The position numbers and the translations under genes were made by a program. The notes beneath the pieces were generated by a model, which ran no database searches, was not told where the DNA came from, and worked only from the letters and a program-made list of their open reading frames with translations. A stretch of 64,000 bases of DNA, taken from the NCBI GenBank assembly GCA_964016885.1, contig OZ024758.1, forward strand, positions 16,988,001 to 17,052,000. Direction: 5' to 3'. Numbering within the stretch: the first letter of the stretch is position 1; every line of letters starts with the position of its first letter. Source of the stretch: Eledone cirrhosa. Its lineage: Eukaryota. Below, piece after piece: positions 50,690 through 62,282 of the stretch.

Positions 50690-51260
50690 TATGTTATACT
50701 AATATATGGGTGACCGTGTGTGCATGTGTAAGTGCGTGTGTGTGCATGAGTGTGTGCGTGTGTGTGGGGGGGCTATTTGTACATCATACTAATATATGGG
50801 GGAGTGTAAGTGTGGATATGTATGTCGTGTGTGTGACTCCGTGCGCGGGTGTATGTATGTGTGCATGTGTGTGTGCATGAGAGTGTGCGCATGTGTGTGT
50901 GTGTGCATGAGAGTGTGTGTGTATGTGGGTGGGTGGGGGGGGTATTTGTACATCATACTAATATATGGGGGAGTGTAAGTGTGGATATGTATGTCGTGTG
51001 TGTGACTCCGTGCGCGGGTGTATGTATGTGTGTGTGTGTGCATGTGTGTGTGCATGAGAGTGTGTGTGTGTGTGTGTGTGTGCATGAGAGTGTGTGTATG
51101 TGGGTGGGTGGGGGGGGGTATTTGTACATCATACTAATATATGGGGGAGTGTAAGTGTGGATATATATGTCGTGTGTGCGAGTGTGTTTGACTGTGTGCG
51201 GGTGTGAGTGTCTGTGTGTGTGTGTATGTGTGCATGTGTGTGTATGTATGTATTTGTAGA
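50690..51260. repeat. ~170-180-bp tandem units built around (TG)n
   Basis: TATTTGTACATCATACTAATATATGGGGGAGTGTAAGTGTGGATAT occurs three times. Confidence 0.85.
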
Positions 51261-51944
51261 TCATGGTAATACCTGAATCCTAAATAAAAGTACTCAACAA
51301 AATTTCACGAGGAAACCTTGAATGGACCAAAACCTATCACTAAGTATGTTCTGTAGCATTTAATATATCATTAGGTTATGATCAAAGAGTTAATTTTCTT
51401 AAGAGTGAGTGACCATGACTGAATCTACCCCACCCCAAACTACTGCTTAACCTACCCCACCCCAAGCTACTGCCTGAAACTAGAAATATTATTGGTACAA
51501 AATATAAAAATTAAGTAAAAGAGCTCACATAGGAACTGAACCTACGACACCTCACAGACACAACTTATCTAGAACTTACTATTGCTTTAGAACACTTTAC
51601 TAATTGAAACTAAGGATCCCTACAGAACTAAATGAAATGAATTTCATTCTGACGTTCCATTACTTTCGTTCTATATATTTTCTATATTTTTTGTTTCATC
51701 ATTTTAAATGGTTTCTAATTTAGGCACAAGGCCAGCGGTGTTATAGGGAAGAGAATGTCACTTAAATAGACCTAATACTTGACTGGTATTTTATTTTATT
51801 GATCTAGGAATGAAGAAAGAAGAAGTTGATCCTAGGAGGATTTCAACTAAAAATGTTAAGAATCAGATCAAATACAGTGAAACATTTTTTCTAGTGTTTT
51901 AACAATTCTGCCAATCCAGTCCAGCTTTGATCATCATCATCATA

Positions 51945-52412
51945 TTCATCATCGTTTAACGTCCATCTTCCACGCTTGCATGGGTTTGGGCGGGAGTTTT
52001 CCCACTTGAGGCAAGATTGGTTGTCCTGCTCGTATAGGACTGTCTGGCAGGTTTTCTACGGCTGGATGCCCTTCCTAACACCAACCACGTTTACAGTGTG
52101 GACTGGGAGGTTTTTACCGTGTTACCTACACGGCCACATTACAGCATGGACTGTGTGTTTTTTTGTCATGACACCTACATGTCTGGCGGGTTTTCTACAG
52201 CTGGATGCCCTTCCTAACACCAACCACGTTTACAGTGTGGACTGGGAGGTTTTTACCGTGTTACCTACACGGCCACATTACAGCATGGACTGTGTGTTTT
52301 TTTGTCATGACACCTACATGTCTGGCGGGTTTTCTACGGCTGGGTGCCCTTCCCAACACCAACCACGTTTACAGCGTGGACTGTGTGTTTTTTTGTCGTG
52401 ACACCTACACGA
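51945..52412 (-). mobile_element. Family C repeat with a 139-bp internal tandem duplication
   Basis: GCCCTTCC(T/C)AACACCAACCACGTTTACAG at 139-bp spacing. Confidence 0.85.
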
Positions 52413-52789
52413 CCTCATTTGTTTCGGACTGGATGTTGTGGAACCAACATAACTTCACATTTAAGGGGGTGGTGTGGATGGAGTGCGGTAGTGAGACAGG
52501 GGTGTATTTTGTTAGAGGTGCCTACTGACTGTAGGTTTCGCTTTGTACTTAGGCAAGGAGGGTCTTCTGTATAACTGATCATATTAAATAAATAATCTTT
52601 ATCTTTTACTGGTTTTAGTCATTAGACTGTGACCACACTGGGGCACTGGCTTGAAGGGGTCTAGTTGATCATATTGACTTCAGTACTTATTTCATCAATC
52701 AAACTCTTTTTCTTGAACCACTCAACTGCAGGACCTAAACAAACAGTAAATGTCAACACAGACATAGGCACACATATATATACACAAAC

Positions 52790-52930
52790 ATCATCATCAT
52801 CATCATTTTACGTCCACTTTTCCCTGCTTGCAAGGGTGGGACAGGTCCTATTCAGCACAGCATCTCTCCACTTGTCACGGTCCTTCGTCATCTCCTCCGT
52901 GAGCATCAGCGATCTGAGGCTGCTCTCCCC
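52790..52930 (-). mobile_element. RTE LINE extreme 3' end
   Basis: LRSLMLTEEMTKDRDKWRDAVLNRTCPTLASREK plus (TGA)n. Confidence 0.85.
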
Positions 52931-53028
52931 ACCTCCGCCCATTTTAATATATATATACAATGAGCTACTACACAATTTCTGGTTACGAAATTTCACTCAA
53001 AAAGACATGCTCAATGAGTGAAACTTAC

Positions 53029-54470
53029 ATAACCCTTTAGATTACCCTATATATACTATTATAACCCTTTAGATTACCCTATATATACTATTATAACCCT
53101 TTAGATTACCCTATATATACTATTATAACCCTTTAGATTACCCTATATATACTATTATAACCCTTTAGATTACCCTATATATACTATTATAACCCTTTAG
53201 ATTACCCTATATATACTATTATAACCCTTTAGATTACCCTATATATACTATTATAACCCTTTAGATTACCCTATATATACTATTATAACCCTTTAGATTA
53301 CCCTATATATACTATTATAACCCTTTAGATTACCCTATATATACTATTATAACCCTTTAGATTACCCTATATATACTATTATAACCCTTTAGATTACCCT
53401 ATATATACTATTATAACCCTTTAGATTACCCTATATATACTATTATAACCCTTTAGATTACCCTATATATACTATCATAACCCTTTAGATTACCCTATAT
53501 ATACTATTATAACTCTTTAGATTACCCTATATATACTATTATAACCCTTTAGATTACCCTATATATACTATTATAACCCTTTAGATTACCCTATATATAC
53601 TATTATAACTCTTTAGATTACCCTATATATACTATTATAACCCTTTAGATTACCCTATATATACTATTATAACCCTTTAGATTACCCTATATATACTATT
53701 ATAACCCTTTAGATTACCCTATATATACTATTATAACCCTTTAGATTACCCTATATATACTATTATAACCCTTTAGATTACCCTATATATACTATTATAA
53801 CTCTTTAGATTACCCTATATATACTATTATAACCCTTTAGATTACCCTATATATACTATTATAACCCTTTAGATTACCCTATATATACTATTATAACTCT
53901 TTAGATTACCCTATATATACTATTATAACCCTTTAGATTACCCTATATATACTATTATAACTCTTTAGATTACCCTATATATACTATTATAACCCTTTAG
54001 ATTACCCTATATATACTATTATAACCCTTTAGATTACCCTATATATACTATTATAACCCTTTAGATTACCCTATATATACTATTATAACCCTTTAGATTA
54101 CCCTATATATACTATTATAACCCTTTAGATTACCCTATATATACTATTATAACCCTTTAGATTACCCTATATATACTATTATAACCCTTTAGATTACCCT
54201 ATATATACTATCATAACCCTTTAGATTACCCTATATATACTATTATAACCCTTTAGATTACCCTATATATACTATTATAACCCTTTAGATTACCCTATAT
54301 ATACTATTATAACCCTTTAGATTACCCTATATATACTATTATAACTCTTTAGATTACCCTATATATACTATTATAACCCTTTAGATTACCCTATATATAC
54401 TATTATAACCCTTTAGATTACCCTATATATACTATTATAACCCTTTAGATTATTTTATATATACTATTAT
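53029..54470. repeat. Highly homogeneous 32-bp tandem array (~45 copies) derived from the piggyBac MITE terminus
   Basis: Unit ATAACCCTTTAGATTACCCTATATATACTATT; it runs directly into MITE body sequence at 54470-54625. Confidence 0.95.
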
Positions 54471-55904
54471 ATTTTCATGGTAAAGGCTTTATCTCACATA
54501 ATATCGAATCTATGAGATTTTGATATTTATTTATTTTGAGAACAATATCTTAACATCAGTATGAGTCGCTGGTTACAGCTGGTTTGAACAGAAAGTGGTG
54601 AGAGAATTCTGGCCAGATATGGCGACATGCAGGGGACTGAGCCTGAATACATGGTTGAGAAGAAACCCCCTTAACCACACAGCCATACCTGCACCAATAT
54701 TGTAGATTAATTGTAAAATCGGTTGAGCATTAGACAAAACTATGCTACAATATTTAGGAACATTCCTTCATATTCTTAGTTCAATGTTTCCTACTTAGTT
54801 TCAATTTGATTTACACATTCTTCAGATTGATAAAATAAGTAAAGGGTTAATGTAATTGACTATAGACTGGAAAGTGGTGCCCTATCATGGCCACAGTCAT
54901 GTGACTGAAAAAATAAAATAATAAATGACTATGAATATACAATTTTAAGTCCCTACTTAGGAAATCAAGCAGAAAAAATTACATTAGTTTTGTTTTAAAA
55001 TTCCATTTCTTATTTTGCTTTTTATTTTCCTTAAATTCATAAGGCGAAACACATTTATCAATCTTTAAAATGAAATAAGATTTAGTCGTAGAAAACAAAA
55101 GGAATTTCCTTGCAGCCACAAGTGCTAACTAGCTGTTTTGAAATATTAGAAATTCTACTAAAAATACATTAACACTAACTGCTTAAAACTTAGTCGATTA
55201 TAAGAAAAATAAGCACATTTCAAGATATCCTGAAGCTGTCAGTAAAACAAACATTTTGTTTTTTGCCTTCTCATGTTTTTGAGATTATATATATTCCATA
55301 GAATTTAATCCAGTGATTCTGCTACTGTTTGTGAGGTTTGTTGTTTTAGTTTTCTTTGTTGAAGAAATACAAAATTCCTGTCAATCCATTTATTATCTAA
55401 AAGTTTGAATAATCTGTTCTGATATTGAAATTATGTTTGACAAGGCAATATTTCACAGAAATATTTAAATGTTGCTTTGTGTTGAAGATTTTTAAAAGAA
55501 GGATTTTTATAAGCTAGAAATAGCATTAAGCAAAGTAGATCAGATTTGCAAACGTTTTCTACAGTCATATATCAATATTACATGATTTTGCTAAACCTTT
55601 CTTTATTTTTTTTGTGGTGATATGTCTAAAGATCTACATATTTCAAAATACCATTCATAAAATATAATTACCATCTTAGTTTAACTTACTGGTATTCATA
55701 CCAAAATTTACAACAAAACTACTTTAAAGTCTGATCTTAAGTGCTGAATAAGAAACCTACTTGGTAAAAGCCTATATATATATATATATTTATACTTACA
55801 TCATACAAACATATGTATCATCATGTATGTATATATGTATATATTTTCATCATACAAACATATGTATATATATATACTTTCATAATACAAACATATATAT
55901 GTAT

Positions 55905-55964
<60 letters not shown>

Positions 55965-56309
55965 GTATATGTGTATATATATATATATCATCAACATCGA
56001 CATCATTATATAATGTCTGCTTTCCAAGCTGGTATAGGTTGTTTCAATATGACTGAGTTCTTATTCAGATTTACCTCAGTTCTAGATTGGCTAGAGTACA
56101 TTCATTCATACATTCCAATCCAATTTGTAGCATGGTTTCTATGATTAGATGCATCTCCTATCATTTACATACATATATATTTAACAGCTCTTAATCTATA
56201 TACTGAAAAGACCGGTCATACAATAAAAAAACACAGTATATTAAAATGTTAAATGAAAGTCACCTTGCCATAGAGAACCAAGCCCCAAATGTGTTTAACT
56301 GACCTGACT

Positions 56310-56986
56310 AGTCTCATAAAACGACAGCCCATCTAACATAAGCAAGCTTGGAAAATAGATGGTGATGACAACACACACACACACATATATATACACACAC
56401 ATATATATATATAAGGGATAACAAAATATCGTTATAAGTACTCCAGTTAGAGGTTGTGAATACTCCGTATTGTGGATAGTCTCATAAAACGACAGCCCAT
56501 CTAACATAAGCAAGCTTGGAAAATAGATGGTGATGACAACACACACACACACATATATATACACACACATATATATATATAAGGGATAACAAAATATCGT
56601 TATAGGTACTCCAGTTAGAGGTTGTGAATACTCCGTATTGTGGATAGTCTCATAAAACGACAGCCCATCTAACATAAGCAAGCTTGGAAAATAGATGGTG
56701 ATGACAACACACACACACATATATATACACACACACATATATATATATAAGGGATAACAAAATATCGTTATAGGTAATCCAGTTAGAGGTTGTGAATACT
56801 CCGTATTGTGGATAGTCTCATAAAACGACAGCCCATCTAACATAAGCAAGCTTGGAAAATAGATGGTGATGACAACACACACACACACATATATATACAC
56901 ACACACATATATATATATAAGGGATAACAAAATATCGTTATAGGTAATCCAGTTAGAGGTTGTGAATACTCCTTATTGTGGATAGT
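56310..56986. repeat. 168-bp tandem repeat, 4 copies, each containing (CA)n(TA)n
   Basis: GTCTCATAAAACGAC at 56311, 56479, 56647 and 56815. Confidence 0.95.
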
Positions 56987-57084
56987 TTTAGCGTACGGCG
57001 TTGTTTGACTCAACAAGAGGTTTCCGTAGGTAGCGAGTTTGTGAGATCTCGGGAATTCCTATGTAAGTTTATCATGGAGTAATA

Positions 57085-57319
57085 ATATTGAAAGAGTGAA
57101 TAATAACATGGTCAACAGTACAAAAAAGGGTTTTATTTACAGTATTAACAATTGTTTCACTGATTAAGTTGTCTAAAAATTGCTGAACACTTGAAGCTGT
57201 GCCACAGTTTCAAGTGTTCAGCAATTTTTAGACAACTTAATCAGTGAAACAATTGTTAATACTGTAAATAAAACACTTTTTTGTACTGTTGACCATGTTA
57301 TTATTCACTCTTTCAATAT
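57085..57319. repeat. Near-perfect palindrome with 117-bp arms and 1-nt loop (Penelope-like terminus)
   Basis: Centre at 57202; about 2 mismatches; arm end resembles 31060-31120; abuts (TA)n. Confidence 0.93.
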
Positions 57320-57344
57320 ATATATATATATATATATATACCGC

Positions 57345-57900
57345 GTGTACTAGCAAGATTGTCCGAATTTTAGATTCAGCTTCGAACCTCTATATCTCAG
57401 GAATGCTTAAAGATAACTTAATGGAATTGTCAGGGGGGTTTTCTAACACTATTGGACTCTACTTTGAGCAAGATAAATGTCGATTACTCTCCAAGCTCAC
57501 CAGAAGAATTTATGATGAAGTTGATCATGGACGAAAATTACATTTTGATAAATAATTAACCATAGCCCAGGATTGGGAGCTCATAAAGGATAGGAATATA
57601 TAAGTAAAAAAAGCATGTAAGATATATGAGGGATACAGAAAACGTGGAAAAGACGGGCTCATAGATATATCCCCCACTCATCAGCTATCGACTAATTGTC
57701 TCTGTAGTTTCTGAAGCTTTAAAAACAGTACTTCACTTCCCATTGCATCAATACTTTCAAAAGCAAGAGAGCTATTCACGATAAAAAAAAAACACAGCAG
57801 ATACTGAACTAGATAATGATGGTACCGGTCATGTTTTTAGAATCCATTGAACAGGGAAACAAAAAAAAAAAAATCTATATATTGATACGAGACAGAAAAA
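57345..57900 (+). mobile_element. Highly decayed R4/Dong-like RT remnant
   Basis: FSNTIGLYFEQDKCR resembles the FS.DIGM.FG.DKC motif; it lies between (TA)n tracts. Confidence 0.4.
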
Positions 57901-57981
57901 TTCCAACAATTGAATATAAGGAGGTAATCATATGAGAAATAGAAAGATATTTTCATATAAATGTATGTGTGTGTTTGTAAG

Positions 57982-57984
<3 letters not shown>

Positions 57985-58035
<51 letters not shown>

Positions 58036-58258
58036 ATGTATATATGTATATTTATTTACATACATATATGTTTGCATGTACAGTTGACAGATAAAATATT
58101 ACTTTATATGGGTTTTGTATAGTTTATGCATTAAGGATTTCCATGCATATATTTATGTAAGGACATATGGAAGTTTATACATTTATTCTCATATATATAT
58201 ATATGTGTATATGTTAGTATACATTTATTCTCCTATATTATGCATACTAACACTTGCA

Positions 58259-58298
<40 letters not shown>

Positions 58299-58427
58299 TA
58301 TATATATATGTATGCAGATATATGTATGCAGATATATGTATATATATGCATATATATATGTATATACTTGCATATATATATATATATACATGCATATATA
58401 TATACATGTATATATATATATATGTAT

Positions 58428-58493
<66 letters not shown>

Positions 58494-58508
58494 ATATATA
58501 TACATGTA

Positions 58509-58571
<63 letters not shown>

Positions 58572-58572
58572 G
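57985..58572. repeat. (TA)n/(TGCA)-interrupted microsatellite
   Basis: Direct reading. Confidence 0.95.
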
Positions 58573-59095
58573 CTTCCATGTACTAGCAGTAATGCTAATA
58601 GACTGTGACTTTGTTGTTACAACTATAATACAGTTTTACCATTGAGTATTCAAACAGTGTGCTCTATCCATTATAATAACATGAACCACAATATGTATAT
58701 ATATAGAGATAAATGTCCAATACAATTTAATATAAATGACTAAATGACAATCTAGAATAGATAATGGAAAATATGTTAAATAGTCAGATGTCAGAGATAT
58801 ATCTGAAAAATATATGAAATGAAATTTTGTTCTAGTTAATATTTATCTAAATTTCACTGGGATTATATATATATAGATACACAATCTACAATTGCCAAGG
58901 AGGCATTATTTAGTTGTATCACTATGTCAAAGTTATGTCAGGTTCTCGCATTTGAATATGCTTGTTTATTCATTTTTCAAATATATAGAAGTAGTTTAGA
59001 TGATGGATATCGCTTCATGTTTACCATGTGGGGAAACCTGTTTACAAGTTTGTTTATCTGTAAGTTTTGCATACACTGAATATACAATGAGTGTT

Positions 59096-60812
59096 TTAAT
59101 CCTTTAGCATTTAAACCGACCATATCTGGCCAGAATTCTCCCACCTCTTTCTGTTCAAACCGACTGTATCCAGTCAGAATTTTCTCTCCTCTTTCTGTTC
59201 AAACCGACCACATCCGGCCAGAATTCTCTCACTTCTTTCTCTTCAAACTGGCTGTATCCAGCCAGAATCTCTCCCCTCTTTCTTTTCAAACTGGCTGCAT
59301 CGGGCTCCCACCTCTTTCTGTTCAAACCGACTGCATCCAGTCAGAATTTTCTCTCCTCTTTCTGTTCAAACCGACCACATCCGGCCAGAATTCTCTCACT
59401 TCTTTCTCTTCAAACTGGCTGTATCCAGCCAGAATCTCTCCCCTCTTTCTTTTCAAACTGGCTGCATCGGGCTCCCACCTCTTTCTGTTCAAACCGACTG
59501 TATCCAGTCAGAATTTTCTCTCCTCTTTCTGTTCAAACTGGCCATATCCGGCCAGAACTCCCTCATTTCTTTCTGTTCAAACCGACCACATCCGGCCAGA
59601 ATTCTCTCACTTCTTTCTCTTCAAACTGGCTGTATCCAGCCAGAATCTCTCCCCTCTTTCTTTTCAAACTGGCTGCATCGGGCTCCCACCTCTTTCTGTT
59701 CAAACCGACTGTATCCAGTCAGAATTTTCTCTCCTCTTTCTGTTCAAACTGGCCATATCCGGCCAGAACTCCCTCATTTCTTTCTGTTCAAACCGACCAC
59801 ATCCGGCCAGAATTCTCTCACTTCTTTCTCTTCAAACTGGCTGTATCCAGCCAGAATCTCTCCCCTCTTTCTTTTCAAACTGGCTGCATCGGGCTCCCAC
59901 CTCTTTCTGTTCAAACCGACTGCATCCAGTCAGAATTTTCTCTCCTCTTTCTGTTCAAACCGACCACATCCGGCCAGAATTCTCTCACTTCTTTCTCTTC
60001 AAACTGGCTGTATCCAGCCAGAATCTCTCCCCTCTTTCTTTTCAAACTGGCTGCATCGGGCTCCCACCTCTTTCTGTTCAAACCGACTGTATCCAGTCAG
60101 AATTTTCTCTCCTCTTTCTGTTCAAACTGGCCATATCCGGCCAGAACTCCCTCATTTCTTTCTGTTCAAACCGACCACATCCGGCCAGAATTCTCTCACT
60201 TCTTTCTCTTCAAACTGGCTGTATCCAGCCAGAATCTCTCCCCTCTTTCTTTTCAAACTGGCTGCATCGGGCTCCCACCTCTTTCTGTTCAAACCGACTG
60301 TATCCAGTCAGAATTTTCTCTCCTCTTTCTGTTCAAACTGGCCATATCCGGCCAGAACTCCCTCATTTCTTTCTGTTCAAACCGACCACATCCGGCCAGA
60401 ATTCTCTCACTTCTTTCTCTTCAAACTGGCTGTATCCAGCCAGAATCTCTCCCCTCTTTCTTTTCAAACTGGCTGCATCGGGCTCCCACCTCTTTCTGTT
60501 CAAACCGACTGTATCCAGTCAGAATTTTCTCTCCTCTTTCTGTTCAAACTGGCCATATCCGGCCAGAACTCCCTCATTTCTTTCTGTTCAAACCGACCAC
60601 ATCCGGCCAGAATTCTCTCACTTCTTTCTCTTCAAACTGGCTGTATCCAGCCAGAATCTCTCCCCTCTTTCTTTTCAAACTGGCTGCATCGGGCTCCCAT
60701 CTCTTTCTGTTCAAAGTGGCTGTATCCAGCTCCCATCTCTTTCTGTTTAAACTGGCTGTATCCAGCCAGAATTCTCTCACCTCTTTCTCTTCAAACCAGC
60801 CATAAGTAGTCA
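59096..60812. repeat. Higher-order repeat array (211-bp pentamer and 167-bp tetramer of 36-44-bp monomers) expanded inside a piggyBac MITE
   Basis: Begins TTAATCCTTTAGCATTTAAACC; CGGGCTCCCA marker at 59301, 59468, 59679, 59890, 60057, 60268, 60479 and 60690. Confidence 0.95.
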
Positions 60813-60922
60813 TTGTTCCTGTTAAAGGGATTAACCTTGCAAATCCTATGACAACTTTCAGGCTTCTCATGGGTCACTTTTTGAGTTAATGTTTTATGGA
60901 GGGGTGTCCTTCCAAGTGTCAA

Positions 60923-61198
60923 CCCTTTTAGTTACTTCATACATTAGTGCCTTTTAGTTACTTACATTAGTGCCCTTTTAGTTACTTCATACATTAGTGC
61001 CTTTTAGTTACTTACATTAGTGCCCTTTTAGTTACTTCTTACATTAGTGCCTTTTAGTTACTTACATTAGTGCCCTTTTAGTTACTTCTTACATTAGTGC
61101 CTTTTAGTTACTTACATTAGTGCCCTTTTAGTTACTTCTTACATTAGTGCCTTTTAGTTACTTACATTAGTGCCCTTTTAGTTACTTCTTACATTAGT
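60923..61198. repeat. 50-bp dimeric (23+27) tandem repeat, about 5.5 copies
   Basis: ACATTAGTGCCTTTTAGTTACTT alternating with ACATTAGTGCCCTTTTAGTTACTTC(A/T)T. Confidence 0.93.
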
Positions 61199-62282
61199 GA
61201 AGATAATCAAGTTACATATTGTCATAGTTGTTAGATCATGAGACAAAATGGCATGCAGTATTTGTTCTGTCCTTCTCTGCTCTGAGTTCAAATCCCACCA
61301 TAGTTATCTGCACAATATATTTATTTTATTTCTAAGGTCAATAAAACAAAGAACCAGTTCAGAATGATGAATTGACAAAAATTATTAGTTTGCTGGATGA
61401 GATGCCTTGCATGTTTTGTTTTGACACCTTGTTTTCTAATTTCAAATCTCGCTATAGCCTATTCTTCTTCCCTCACTTCTTCCTGAGAGGATCATGGGAG
61501 CAGAGTCCTTATACACTCATTCGAGTGGGATCCAAGGCTACAGCGAGGCGAAAACCAACTCTGGTGCTATGTAACAAACTATTTTAAAGTTTTTAAAGAG
61601 ATCCTATTAAAACTAAAATTTCAGTACTGTCTTAATAGTGCAATATTTAATAATTTTCATAAATTTCATAAATCTCTCAAACCTCTTTATTAATGAAATA
61701 GAGTGTATTTCATTAGAAATATCGTTCATGAAAGGGTTAAATGTTAGCAAAAGCAACAATAGAGAAACTTATGAGTATTTTCTTAGCTTATAGCCCTACA
61801 TTCACTTTTTCTTGTAGAAAAATCTATTTATGATAGACCAGTATTCAATCCAGTTAAAAATATATCACTCTTTATCTTTGTGTTATGGAAACTGGAATTT
61901 TGTACCAAGTCTATTGATCCTTGTGATTCAGAGAGGATTACCATGGTTGGTTTTAGATACATAATTAAGTGAAGTGAGGAATCAGAGAAACTTTTCAGAC
62001 TGGGCTGGCAAGAAGATAATCCCTGCCTCTATGTGACAGCCAACATATGAATTAAATATATATAAAGGAAGAAACTGTACGCTATTGATTAGATATCATG
62101 TATTTTTCTTTTACATGAGATACTGACTGTCAAAGCATTTTTGTATTGTTCTCTCTTAACAATGATAAATGTTTTGAATCTCAATTATGTGAAGCCACTA
62201 ACAAAGAGATTGGTGGATTGTATCTTGTCACCACAGTTCTTTGAGAAAAGCAGTTAATTATCAACAGATAAGTAAGTTCATA

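Noticed and set aside
53029-54470. Telomeric or interstitial telomeric repeat
   Set aside because: Only one TAACCC per 32-bp unit, and it is explained by the piggyBac TTAA-CCC terminus
56295-56930. 211-aa repetitive ORF
   Set aside because: Product of a 168-bp tandem unit containing microsatellite
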